DNA from: Thermodesulfobacteriota bacterium
Lineage (GTDB): Bacteria > Desulfobacterota > Desulfarculia > JACQYL01
Length of the DNA stretch: 64,000 nucleotides
Direction of reading: 5' to 3'
Assembly: GCA_963675595.2 (NCBI GenBank)
Contig: CAXXLZ010000002.1
Location: forward strand, 3,104,001-3,168,000
In this document: positions 10,416 through 19,874 of the stretch, piece by piece
How the letters are laid out: each line of letters opens with the position of its first letter
Numbering within the stretch: position 1 is the first letter of the stretch
Notes under the pieces: model-generated
What the model was told of the DNA's origin: nothing
Seen by the model: only the letters and a program-made list of their open reading frames with translations
Database searches by the model: none
Translations under genes and position numbers: made by a program

Positions 10416-13400
10416 ATGAATATGCATGATGAGACAGAGTCTTCTTCCGGAATTCGTCGTCCTGCGGAACAGGAACGTTCGGACGACGCCGCCGGTTGCA
10501 GATCGGAAGCCGAGGAGCAGGATTCCAATAAGTTGATGGAAGAGCTTCGGGTTCACCAGGCTGAACTGGAAATGCAAAACGAAGAACTGCGCTGCGCCCA
10601 GGAAGCGTTGGCGAGATCGCGAGACCGGTTCTACTCGCTTTTCCACCAAGCTCCCGTGGGTTATGTGGCGCTCGATGCTTCGGGCATGATCCAGGAAGCC
10701 AACGAGGCTTTCCTTCGAATGGCTGGAGCACCGCGGGAAGCGGTAATGGGGGCTTATTTCCATTCACTTCTGGAACAATCCCATGCCTCGGTGTTCAGAG
10801 GCCGGTTCAAGGCCCTCTTGAAGAAGCCTTTAGGCAAGGAGATGGAAGTCCGCCTTTTACGGCAAGGCAAACCTCTGTGGATCAGGATCGAAGCCTCCGA
10901 CGGCCAAGCCGTGGATCATCCGGCCGGTGGTGAGCCGCCGGCGTTGCTCCTGATACTCAGCGATATTACCGAGGAGAAGCTTGCGGAAGAAGCGCGTCGA
11001 GAGGAACAACGCAGGCTTAATTTCGTCATAGAAGGTTCGGGACTAGGGACATGGGAATGGAATCTCCAAACCAATGAAACCGTATTCAATGAAACCTGGG
11101 CGGAGATCATAGGATACGCCCTGGACGAGCTGACCCCCTACAATCTTGAGACCTGGGAACGACTGACGCACCCCGAGGACCTGGCACGCGCCCGGAAAGC
11201 GCTCGCAAGCTGCATTGCGGAGGAAACGTCGGACTACGAATGCGAACTGCGCATGAGGCACAAAGCCGGTCACTGGGTATGGATCCTGGACCGCGGTCGG
11301 GTCATGACATGGGACGACCACGGCAGGCCTCTCCTCATGTTCGGCACTCACAGCGACATCACTCCGCGCAAGCTCATGGAAGAGGGGCGCGAGCGACTGT
11401 TGGAGCGTGTGACGCAGGAAAAGAGGGCGCAGGAAACTCTTTTCGAAGCCGCCAAGACCGTGCTGGAAGGCGGCGATTTCGCCTCCACCGCGCGACGTAT
11501 CTTCGATGCCGCACGGACCCTTACCGGAGCCCAATCGGGTTACGTGGCCCTGCTCAGCGACGACGGCGAGGAAAATGAACTATTGTTCCTCGAAGCGGGA
11601 GGTTTGCCCTGCTTGGTGAACCCGGATTTGCCCATGCCTATCCGGGGTCTTCGCGCCGAAGCCTACAAAACGGGAAGAGTCGTGTCGGACAACGACTTCA
11701 TGCACTCCCGGTGGGCTTCCTTTATGCCTCCCGGGCACGTCGACCTTTGGAATGTGATGTTCGCCCCCTTGAACATCGAGGGGAAGACCGTCGGCATTAT
11801 GGGTCTGGCGAACAAGCCGGAGGATTTCAACGAGGACGACGTGGTTGCGGCCCGGGCATTCGGGCAATTGGCCGCCATCGCGCTGCAGAAGAACCGAAAT
11901 CTGGAGGCCTTGCGGGTCAGTGAACAGCGATTCCGCTCCTTTGTGGAAAACGCCAATGATATCGAGTACGCCCTTTCTCCGGAAGGTCTGTTCACCTACC
12001 TGTCCCCCAACTGGATCCACTTCGTGGGGGAACCGGCGGAAGCGGCTCTCGGCAGGTCCTTCGAGCCCTACGTGCATCCGGAAGACGTTCATCTGTGCAG
12101 GGAGTTTCTGCAGGAGGTTCTTTGCTCCGGAGAAAAGCAAAGCGGCGTCGTTTATCGCGTGCAACGAAGGGACGGCACTTGGCGGTGGCACTTTTCCAAC
12201 GGTTCGCCCTTATTCGATTCCCAAGGAACATTAACCGGTTATCTGGGGATCGCCCGCGACATCACGGAGATCAGACAGGCGGAGGAAACCCTCAAGGAGC
12301 GGGAAAGATTCCTGCGGGCCGTGTTGGAGACCACGGCCGACGGTTTCTTCGTCCTGGACAACCAAGGGCGGATCACGGAAGCCAACAGCGCCTACTGCTC
12401 CATGACGGGATACCGGCACGATGAAATCGTCGGCGGACGCCTGAGGGATATCGACGCGGATGAGTCCCCCGAAGAAACGGCGGATCGAATCAAGCGTGTT
12501 GCGTCAAGGGGCTCGGAAATCTTCGAGACCCGTCATCGACGCAAAGACGGAACGGTTTTTCCCGTGGAGATTTCCACCTCTTTTGTCCCGACTCATGGGG
12601 GAAGATTCGTATGTTTCTGTCGGGACCTGACCGAGCGCAAGGAAAACGAGCGCATCCTGAGACGACACAGCCACCTGCTGGAGAATTCCCCCAACGCGGT
12701 CTACGTCTCGGACGAGCAAGGCCGACTCGTTTACGCCAATACGTCGGCGGCCCGCCAAACCGGCTTTGCTTTTTCGGAGATCGTGGGTAAACATGTCTGG
12801 GACATCGATGCCTCGTTTACCGAATCCGAATATGTCCGGTTCCTCTCGCGAATGTCCTCCATGAACCCCGTGCGATTGAAAACCAAGCATCGTCGTCGGG
12901 ATGGAAGCTCGTTTCCCGTGGAAATCTCCATTTCCAAGCTGGTGCAGGAAGGATCGAACCTGCTTTGCGGAATCGCCGTGGACATCACGGAACGGGAGGC
13001 GCGCGAGGCGTCGCTGAGGCGCACCCAGTTCACGGTGGACCACGCGCCCATCGGCGTCTTCTGGGTCTCGCCGGAGGGAGAAATCATCTACGCCAACAAC
13101 AAGGCGGCCGATAGTCTCGGGTATGCGAAAAAAGAGCTGAGGGGGATGGAGTTTGAATGCATAGACCCGAACTTTCCCCTTCCCGAGAGCGAATCTCCCT
13201 GGAAGCTTCGCGAAAGGGAGGCTCTAATGGAATTCGAATCCATTCACCGCCGGAAGGACGGCACCGTTTTCCCGGTTTACGTGCACAGCCACCGCATCAG
13301 CTTCATGGGCGAGGAAATGCATGTCGTGGAAGTGCAGGACATCACGGAACGGAAAGAGCGAGAGGAACGCATCGCCGTGCAAGGCCGAATGCTCGACGAA

Positions 13401-14891
13401 GCACCCGCGTCCATCACCATTCACGGCGTTGACGGTCGATTTTTTTATGCCAACCAGGCGAGCTGTACGCTCCACGGTTACGAGAGTGAGCAGGAATTCC
13501 TGGCCGTCAATTTGCACAAGTTGGACGTGCCCGAGAGCGAGGCTTTGCTGGCTGAGCGCTTTCGTCTCATCATGGAAGAAGGGGAGGCGCGTTTCGAAGT
13601 CTGCCATTATCGCAAAGACGGATCGAGTTTTCCTTTGGAGGTATTGGCCAGAGCGATCCAATGGGAGGGCAAGCCGGCCGTACTCAGCATCGCCTCGGAC
13701 ATTTCGGACCGCAAAGCAGCCGAAGACGAGAGGGACAGGTTGCAGACCCAACTGATCCAGGCGCAGAAAATGGAATCCGTAGGCCGCTTGGCCGGCGGAG
13801 TGGCCCACGATTTCAACAACATGCTCGGCGTCATCCTGGGCCATACGGAAATGGCGTTGGATGAGACGGGGCCTGAGGAACCGATCTTTTCCGACCTGCA
13901 GGAAATCCACAAGGCCGCTCGGCGTTCCTCGGATCTGACGCGGCAGCTCCTGGCCTTTGCACGCAAACAGGTCATCAGTCCCAGAGTCCTCGACTTGAAC
14001 GAGACCGTGGAAGGCATGCTCAAGATGCTCAGGCGGCTCATCGGCGAGGACATCGAATTGGCCTGGCTGCCGGGAGGTCGCTTATGGAAAGTCAAGATGG
14101 ATCCTTCCCAGGTGGATCAAATACTGGCCAATCTGTGCGTCAATGCCAGGGACGCCATTGCGGGGCACGGCCGGGTCACCATCGAAACCATGAATATTAC
14201 GTTGGACGAGGCGCAATATGAGGGACGGGAGGGCCTTTTGCCCGGCGAATACGTTCTTCTGAGTGTGAGCGACAACGGATGCGGCATGGATCGGAATACC
14301 CTGTCCCATCTATTTGAACCCTTTTTCACCACCAAAGGGGTCGGTCAGGGCACAGGGCTGGGACTGGCCACGATCTACGGCATCGTCAAACAGAACGGAG
14401 GATACATCGACGTCGAAAGCGAGCAGGGCAAAGGAACAAGATTCTCCATCCATCTGCCGAGACACCTATCTCAGGCGGAAGCCGACTCCCATGGAAAGAT
14501 CAAGACTGCGGTGGAGCGCGGCAGTGAAACCATTCTATTGGTGGAGGACGAGGACGCCATGCTGAAGATGGCGGAGACCATGCTGAAAAGGCTAGGATAC
14601 CGCGTTTTGGCCTGCAGGGCGGCGATCGAAGCCGAGCGACTGGCGCTGGAACACATCGGCGCAATCCATCTGCTCATGACCGACGTGATCATGCCGGAAA
14701 TGAACGGCAGGGAACTGGCCGAACGGCTGACGTCTCGGTATCCGAACCTCCGATGCCTGTTTACGTCCGGGTACACGGCGGATGTCATCGGCCACCATGG
14801 AGTGCTTAACGAAGGCGTGCACTTCATACAGAAGCCGTTCTCCAGAAAGGACCTGGCGGCCAAGGTGCGGGAAGTCTTGGACCAAAAGTGA
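10416..14891 (+). CDS. Hybrid histidine kinase: N-terminal coiled coil, multiple PAS, GAF, HisKA/HATPase, REC
   Basis: H-box AGGVAHDFNN, N-box NLCVNARDA, DNGCGM, FFTTK, GTGLGL; many PAS ends (DITE/DLTE); C-terminal REC. Confidence 0.96.
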   Translation: MNMHDETESSSGIRRPAEQERSDDAAGCRSEAEEQDSNKLMEELRVHQAELEMQNEELRCAQEALARSRDRFYSLFHQAPVGYVALDASGMIQEANEAFLRMAGAPREAVMGAYFHSLLEQSHASVFRGRFKALLKKPLGKEMEVRLLRQGKPLWIRIEASDGQAVDHPAGGEPPALLLILSDITEEKLAEEARREEQRRLNFVIEGSGLGTWEWNLQTNETVFNETWAEIIGYALDELTPYNLETWERLTHPEDLARARKALASCIAEETSDYECELRMRHKAGHWVWILDRGRVMTWDDHGRPLLMFGTHSDITPRKLMEEGRERLLERVTQEKRAQETLFEAAKTVLEGGDFASTARRIFDAARTLTGAQSGYVALLSDDGEENELLFLEAGGLPCLVNPDLPMPIRGLRAEAYKTGRVVSDNDFMHSRWASFMPPGHVDLWNVMFAPLNIEGKTVGIMGLANKPEDFNEDDVVAARAFGQLAAIALQKNRNLEALRVSEQRFRSFVENANDIEYALSPEGLFTYLSPNWIHFVGEPAEAALGRSFEPYVHPEDVHLCREFLQEVLCSGEKQSGVVYRVQRRDGTWRWHFSNGSPLFDSQGTLTGYLGIARDITEIRQAEETLKERERFLRAVLETTADGFFVLDNQGRITEANSAYCSMTGYRHDEIVGGRLRDIDADESPEETADRIKRVASRGSEIFETRHRRKDGTVFPVEISTSFVPTHGGRFVCFCRDLTERKENERILRRHSHLLENSPNAVYVSDEQGRLVYANTSAARQTGFAFSEIVGKHVWDIDASFTESEYVRFLSRMSSMNPVRLKTKHRRRDGSSFPVEISISKLVQEGSNLLCGIAVDITEREAREASLRRTQFTVDHAPIGVFWVSPEGEIIYANNKAADSLGYAKKELRGMEFECIDPNFPLPESESPWKLREREALMEFESIHRRKDGTVFPVYVHSHRISFMGEEMHVVEVQDITERKEREERIAVQGRMLDEAPASITIHGVDGRFFYANQASCTLHGYESEQEFLAVNLHKLDVPESEALLAERFRLIMEEGEARFEVCHYRKDGSSFPLEVLARAIQWEGKPAVLSIASDISDRKAAEDERDRLQTQLIQAQKMESVGRLAGGVAHDFNNMLGVILGHTEMALDETGPEEPIFSDLQEIHKAARRSSDLTRQLLAFARKQVISPRVLDLNETVEGMLKMLRRLIGEDIELAWLPGGRLWKVKMDPSQVDQILANLCVNARDAIAGHGRVTIETMNITLDEAQYEGREGLLPGEYVLLSVSDNGCGMDRNTLSHLFEPFFTTKGVGQGTGLGLATIYGIVKQNGGYIDVESEQGKGTRFSIHLPRHLSQAEADSHGKIKTAVERGSETILLVEDEDAMLKMAETMLKRLGYRVLACRAAIEAERLALEHIGAIHLLMTDVIMPEMNGRELAERLTSRYPNLRCLFTSGYTADVIGHHGVLNEGVHFIQKPFSRKDLAAKVREVLDQK

Positions 14892-15002
14892 TGAAATCGT
14901 TTGTAAGTGTGTGCGCCGATAACCAGCCGCCTTCAAAGACACCTCGCAATCCCCGATCATGTTCGGCTTTTGCTCGTAGTTGACAACAGGAGAAACAACA
15001 AG

Positions 15003-15629
15003 ATGCGTGTGCCTGCAACCCAATTTCTCGATGCTCTGCTGTCCGTTGACCGTGTGAGGGCAAGACAAGTTTTGTCGGATTTGGAAAGCCACATTACACC
15101 ATTGGAACAAATAGATGGAATTATCGTGCCTTCACTGGATCGCTTGGGGCTGATGTGGGAAAAGGGCACGGCGGCGCTATCTCAAGTATATATGGCGGGA
15201 CGGATTTGCGAGGAACTGGTGGAGGAAATGCTGCCCCCCATGAGCCCGGACCGAAAAAGCCGGCCCAGAATGGCTGTCTCGGTATTGCACGACCATCATG
15301 GTTTGGGAAAACGGATCGTCTATTCCCTTGTCCGCGCCGGTGGATATGAGATTCTGGACTATGGACGAAGAACCGTGGATGAGCTTATTGAAATGATTGA
15401 AAGAGATCACATCGAAATTCTTCTTGTGTCGGTCCTGATGCTCCCGTCCGCCTTGAAGATCAGGGAGTTGAAACAACGCCTTGCCCGGAACCTGTCTTCA
15501 CAAACGCTCATTGTGGTTGGGGGTGCGCCTTTCAGGCTCGATCCCGATTTGGCTGCGGAGGTGGGTGCGGATGCAGTGGGTCGAGACGCATCCGACATCA
15601 TGGAGATCGCCCGGAAATTGGCCGACTAA
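15003..15629 (+). CDS. Cobalamin (B12)-binding domain protein (corrinoid protein: cap helices + Rossmann domain)
   Basis: His-on motif DxHxxG (DHHGLG), then SVLM and VGGAP. The N-terminal B12-binding_2-like cap reads LDRLGLMWEKG...LSQVYMAG. ATG 15003 follows AGGAG. Confidence 0.9.
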   Translation: MRVPATQFLDALLSVDRVRARQVLSDLESHITPLEQIDGIIVPSLDRLGLMWEKGTAALSQVYMAGRICEELVEEMLPPMSPDRKSRPRMAVSVLHDHHGLGKRIVYSLVRAGGYEILDYGRRTVDELIEMIERDHIEILLVSVLMLPSALKIRELKQRLARNLSSQTLIVVGGAPFRLDPDLAAEVGADAVGRDASDIMEIARKLAD

Positions 15630-15649
15630 TCAGCGAGGACCGTATTGAG

Positions 15650-16693
15650 ATGACGTCATTGCAGCGCTTATTGACTGCTTTGCAGCATAGAGAGCCGGAT
15701 CGTGCGCCCTATATGATGCTTGTAACCATGCACGGCGCCAAGGCGTTGGGTATGCCTATCAGAGAATATTTTTCCAAGGCGGAGCATGTGGTTGAAGGAC
15801 AACTCCTGTTACGCCGGAAGTTCCGACACGATGCGATTTACGCCTTCTTCTATGCTGCATTGGAAATCGAGCCATGGGGCGGGGAGGTGGTATTTACGGA
15901 TGACGGTCCTCCAAACTCCGGAAGGCCCTTCCTGGAGAGTCCCGGGGAGATTAGAGGACTCAAACCTCCGCGCGTGAGCGACTCCGAAAGTTTGAACAAG
16001 GTCTTGAGGGCGATTACACTGCTCAAGCAATCGGTGGGGGAGGACGCACCCATTTTCGGCGTGGTGATGAGCCCGTTTTCCCTCCCCGTGATGCAGATGG
16101 GCTTCGAGAACTACCTGAACCTGATGTATGAGGACCGGTCGTCCTTTCATCATCTTATGGAAGCCAATCAGGAATTTTGCGCATCCTGGGCAAATGCGCA
16201 ATTGGAGGCCGGAGCTGCGGGAATCGTCTATTTCGACCCTGTCTCGTCCCCTCAAATGATTCCCCGAAGCCTGTACCCGGAACTTGCTCATCCCATCGCC
16301 AAAAGAATGATCGCCGAGATCAAAGGACCCGTGGCCACGCACTTCGCTTCGGGAAGTTGTCTACCCATTCTGGAAGACGTTATCACCACAGGGACCATTG
16401 GTGTGGGGGTCAGTGCGGAAGAAGACCTGGGTTCTTTGAAATCCGTGTCTCGAGGAAAAATCACTCTCATCGGCAATCTGAACGGATTGGAAATGCGTCG
16501 TTGGACTCCTCAGGAAGCGGAGATCAAAGTGAAGAACGCTATCGCCAAGGCGGCGCGCGGCGGCGGTTTCATTCTGGCCGACAATCATGGCGAGATTCCC
16601 TATCAAGTTCCGGACGAGACACTGTCCGCCATAGCCGATGCGGTTGATAAATGGGGTCACTACCCTTTGGAGTGGGTCGCAGTTGAAAAATAG
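15650..16693 (+). CDS. Uroporphyrinogen decarboxylase / MtaA-CmuA superfamily protein (corrinoid methyltransferase-like, non-canonical Zn ligands)
   Basis: MT..QR...AL...EPDR.P start, VMSPFSLP, AQLEAGA, FDP, LIGNL, GGFILA...GEIP are typical of the UroD/MtaA TIM barrel; 347 aa. Confidence 0.88.
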   Translation: MTSLQRLLTALQHREPDRAPYMMLVTMHGAKALGMPIREYFSKAEHVVEGQLLLRRKFRHDAIYAFFYAALEIEPWGGEVVFTDDGPPNSGRPFLESPGEIRGLKPPRVSDSESLNKVLRAITLLKQSVGEDAPIFGVVMSPFSLPVMQMGFENYLNLMYEDRSSFHHLMEANQEFCASWANAQLEAGAAGIVYFDPVSSPQMIPRSLYPELAHPIAKRMIAEIKGPVATHFASGSCLPILEDVITTGTIGVGVSAEEDLGSLKSVSRGKITLIGNLNGLEMRRWTPQEAEIKVKNAIAKAARGGGFILADNHGEIPYQVPDETLSAIADAVDKWGHYPLEWVAVEK

Positions 16694-19600
16694 TCGGTGC
16701 GGTATCCTCATTTGCAGGAGTTTACGCCGAGAGATTGAGGCGGTCCTTGCTGCGACTGGCTTGGACGGCGTCGAAGTGCTCACCTGTCCGTGCGATTGCA
16801 GTCGTCCCAACCGGGAGAAGGGACTTTTCGACGAAATACTGCAAACCATTCCGATTCGTTTCGATCATGTGCTCACTTTGTCGACTCCTTGTGAAAAATG
16901 TACGCGGGAAGAATCAAACACTCTCGTCCGAAATCATGTGGTCGGCATGCCCTGTTTTTTCGAGTTATTTCTTCCAGGCGGACTGGTGAGCAAGTACTTG
17001 TCGGAAGGAGCCTTGTTGCTCATTCCGGGTCTGGTTGAGAATTGGACCGACAACGGCGGATGCTCGGGACTTGAGCATGCTCGCGGCCGGAAGTTCTTCG
17101 CAGGGACGATTACACGCCTGGTGCTTCTGGACACCGGTACGGAGGAACAAAGCCAAAGGCGGCTGATCGAGCTTGCCGCCGCCATGGGTCTTCCGTGGGA
17201 AATTGTGCCGGTGGGTTTGGATATGCTCCGCTTGAGAATTGAACGGCAGATTGAAGCATGGCGCCTGCAAGACCTTGAGTCGGCGGCGCGGGCGACGGCA
17301 TCCAGGGAGCAGCGCCACGACTATGCCATGATCTTTGACATGATGAGTCGTTTTGCCGGTCTCACCAGCGAGGAACAATTGATACGGTCCGTTCTTGACC
17401 TGCTTGAAGCTCTTTTCGCACCCGGACTGTTGGCCTACATGCCGTTTCATGACGGAAGGCCGGGATCGGCGCTCACGCATCCTCTCGATGCCCATTGTTC
17501 GCCCGCTTGGATCGAGCAGGCGGCGAAGCTGCATGGAAGTTACTCCTGGTCCGATTCCGGGGCCGGATTCATTGTGCGCTTGGGCAGGGAGAACGAGACC
17601 TTGGGCATCCTGCTGGTGGAGCAGCTCGCTCTGCCCGACTACCGGGAAGATTATCTTAACTTGACCTTGACGATTCTCCCCGCGCTTGTCCTGGGCGTGC
17701 TGAACTCACGGCATATCGAGCAGCTGAGGCGTTCTCAGACCATGCTTCAGGAGTCGGAACGTCTGGCATATGCTACGCTGCACTCCATCGGCGAGGGTGT
17801 GATCAGCACGGACAGTTTAGGGCGCCTGACAAATCTGAACCCTTCGGCTGTAAAACTCACGGGATGGAGCGCCGGCGAGGCGCTGGGAAGACCTGTCAAC
17901 GAAATCCTGCATATCGTCAACGCTGAAACACGAGCCGGAACGGAAGACCCGGTGGAGAGAGCGTTGAACCTGGGTCTCACCCTTGGTCCGGCCGAACACA
18001 CGTTGCTCATCACGCGGGACGGAACGGAGCGACGGATATCATACAGTTGTGCACCCATCGAAGACCTGGACGGCAATATTGTCGGGTCCGTGCTTGTCTT
18101 CCGGGATATGACTTCGGAGATTGAGACGAAGAATGCCCTCAAAGCGAGCGAGGCTCAATTTCGCCTTCTGGCTGAGAACATGGTTGATGTCATTTGGACC
18201 CTGGATACATCCGGGCGATTCACCTACGTCAGTCCCTCCGTGGAGAAGCTGCGCGGCTACACGCCTCGGGAGGTGTTGTCCCAATCCATCGCAGAGGCGC
18301 TGACCCCCGCTTCGTTCAAAAAAGTGGAGGAAGCCTTGGCCGCAGTCATGTCGCAGTTGTCGAACGGGTCAAATCCCTCCGTACTCGACTTCGGCGCCTA
18401 CCAATTGGAACAGCCCCGCAAGGATGGATCCACTGTTTGGACTGAAGCGCTGGTGCGGCCGCTTTTTGATAAGCACGGCGACTTCAGCGGTTTCTTGGGC
18501 GTCAGCCGTGATATCACCGAACGCAAACGAGTTGAAGAGGAGCGTAACAAACTCCAGGCCGACCTCGAGCAAGCTCGGAAGCTCGAAGCAGTGGGTCGTC
18601 TGGCGGGCGGTATTGCACATGATTTCAATAACATGCTCGGAGTGATACTGGGAAATACGGAGCTGGCCTTCGACCAGGCGGAACCCGGAGAACCGCTGTT
18701 TTCCGATTTGCGCGAAATTCAAAAGGCTGCCCAGCGCTCCGCGGATCTCACACGGCAACTCCTGGCCTTCGCCCGAAAGCAGACCGTTACTCCCAAGGCG
18801 CTGGATTTGAATGAAGCCTTGGAAGGCATGCTCAAGATGCTCAGGCGACTCATCGGCGAGGACATCGACTTGGCTTGGCTGCCGGGGAATCGTTTGTGGA
18901 AAGTTAAAATGGATCCGGCTCAACTGGATCAAGTCCTGGCCAATCTGTGCGTCAATGCCAGGGACGCCATTTCCGGGCCCGGCCGGATCACCATCGAAAC
19001 CATGAATATTACGTTGGACGAGGCCCGATATGAAGGACGGGCGGGCGTTTTGCCCGGCGAATACGTTCTCTTGAGTGTGAGCGACAACGGATGCGGCATG
19101 GATCGGCAGACCCTGGCCCATTTGTTTGAACCGTTTTTCACCACCAAAGGGGTCGGCCGGGGTACTGGTCTTGGATTGGCCACGATCTACGGCATCGTCA
19201 GACAGAACGGCGGATTCATCGACGTCGAGAGCAAGCCTGGCGGAGGAGCAACGTTTTCCATTTATTTTCCGAGACACGAACCTCGGGCGGAAGAATCCTC
19301 CCATGCCGAAACCGGGAGTCCGACGGAGCGCGGCAACGAGACCATTCTGCTGGTGGAGGACGAAGAAGCCATGCGGAACATGGCCAAGACCATGCTGGAA
19401 AGGCTGGGATACCGCGTCTTGCCCTGCAGAACGTCCGTGGAAGCGGAGCGATCGGCGCTGGAACACGCCGACGAAATCCATCTGCTCATGACCGACGTGG
19501 TCATGCCGGACATGAGCGGCAGGGAACTGGCCGAACGGCTGACGTCTCGCCATCCGAACATGAGAAGCCTTTTCACATCCGGGTACACGGCGGATGTCAT

Positions 19601-19727
19601 CGGTCGCCATGGGGTGCTTAACGAAGGCGTGCACTTCATACAGAAACCGTTCTCCAAAAGGGACCTGGCGGCCAAGGTGCGGGAAGCCCTTTCGGCAAGA
19701 GCCGGTACGGGCCGACGAGACGATTAA
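16683..19727 (+). CDS. Hybrid histidine kinase with N-terminal Cys-rich DUF1638-like domain, GAF-like segment, 2 PAS, REC
   Basis: The N-terminus ILICRSLRREI...CPCDC...CEKC...PCFFELFL...LLIPG..ENW...RLVLLDTG...MGLPWEIVPVGL resembles DUF1638. H-box AGGIAHDFNN; C-terminal REC. TTG start overlaps the upstream gene's 3' end. Confidence 0.9.
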   Translation: MKNSRCGILICRSLRREIEAVLAATGLDGVEVLTCPCDCSRPNREKGLFDEILQTIPIRFDHVLTLSTPCEKCTREESNTLVRNHVVGMPCFFELFLPGGLVSKYLSEGALLLIPGLVENWTDNGGCSGLEHARGRKFFAGTITRLVLLDTGTEEQSQRRLIELAAAMGLPWEIVPVGLDMLRLRIERQIEAWRLQDLESAARATASREQRHDYAMIFDMMSRFAGLTSEEQLIRSVLDLLEALFAPGLLAYMPFHDGRPGSALTHPLDAHCSPAWIEQAAKLHGSYSWSDSGAGFIVRLGRENETLGILLVEQLALPDYREDYLNLTLTILPALVLGVLNSRHIEQLRRSQTMLQESERLAYATLHSIGEGVISTDSLGRLTNLNPSAVKLTGWSAGEALGRPVNEILHIVNAETRAGTEDPVERALNLGLTLGPAEHTLLITRDGTERRISYSCAPIEDLDGNIVGSVLVFRDMTSEIETKNALKASEAQFRLLAENMVDVIWTLDTSGRFTYVSPSVEKLRGYTPREVLSQSIAEALTPASFKKVEEALAAVMSQLSNGSNPSVLDFGAYQLEQPRKDGSTVWTEALVRPLFDKHGDFSGFLGVSRDITERKRVEEERNKLQADLEQARKLEAVGRLAGGIAHDFNNMLGVILGNTELAFDQAEPGEPLFSDLREIQKAAQRSADLTRQLLAFARKQTVTPKALDLNEALEGMLKMLRRLIGEDIDLAWLPGNRLWKVKMDPAQLDQVLANLCVNARDAISGPGRITIETMNITLDEARYEGRAGVLPGEYVLLSVSDNGCGMDRQTLAHLFEPFFTTKGVGRGTGLGLATIYGIVRQNGGFIDVESKPGGGATFSIYFPRHEPRAEESSHAETGSPTERGNETILLVEDEEAMRNMAKTMLERLGYRVLPCRTSVEAERSALEHADEIHLLMTDVVMPDMSGRELAERLTSRHPNMRSLFTSGYTADVIGRHGVLNEGVHFIQKPFSKRDLAAKVREALSARAGTGRRDD

Positions 19728-19874
19728 AGGTCTTGAGCAGAGTTTGAATTCCCAACAAGTGCCGTGTTGAGCGCACCAATCTTAAAAATTGCCGATGCCG
19801 AAGGCGCATGAAGCAACGAAAAACCGTGATTGCAAGCCAAGTTAGATCGCAGGTGTCACGTTGAGGATTCGATC

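Noticed and set aside
14915-14922. GCCGATAA sigma28 -10 upstream of the corrinoid gene (another at 57868)
   Set aside because: No TAAA -35 at the correct spacing
15650-16693. Calling this gene hemE or mtaA
   Set aside because: Family fold only; the diagnostic catalytic motifs of both are missing
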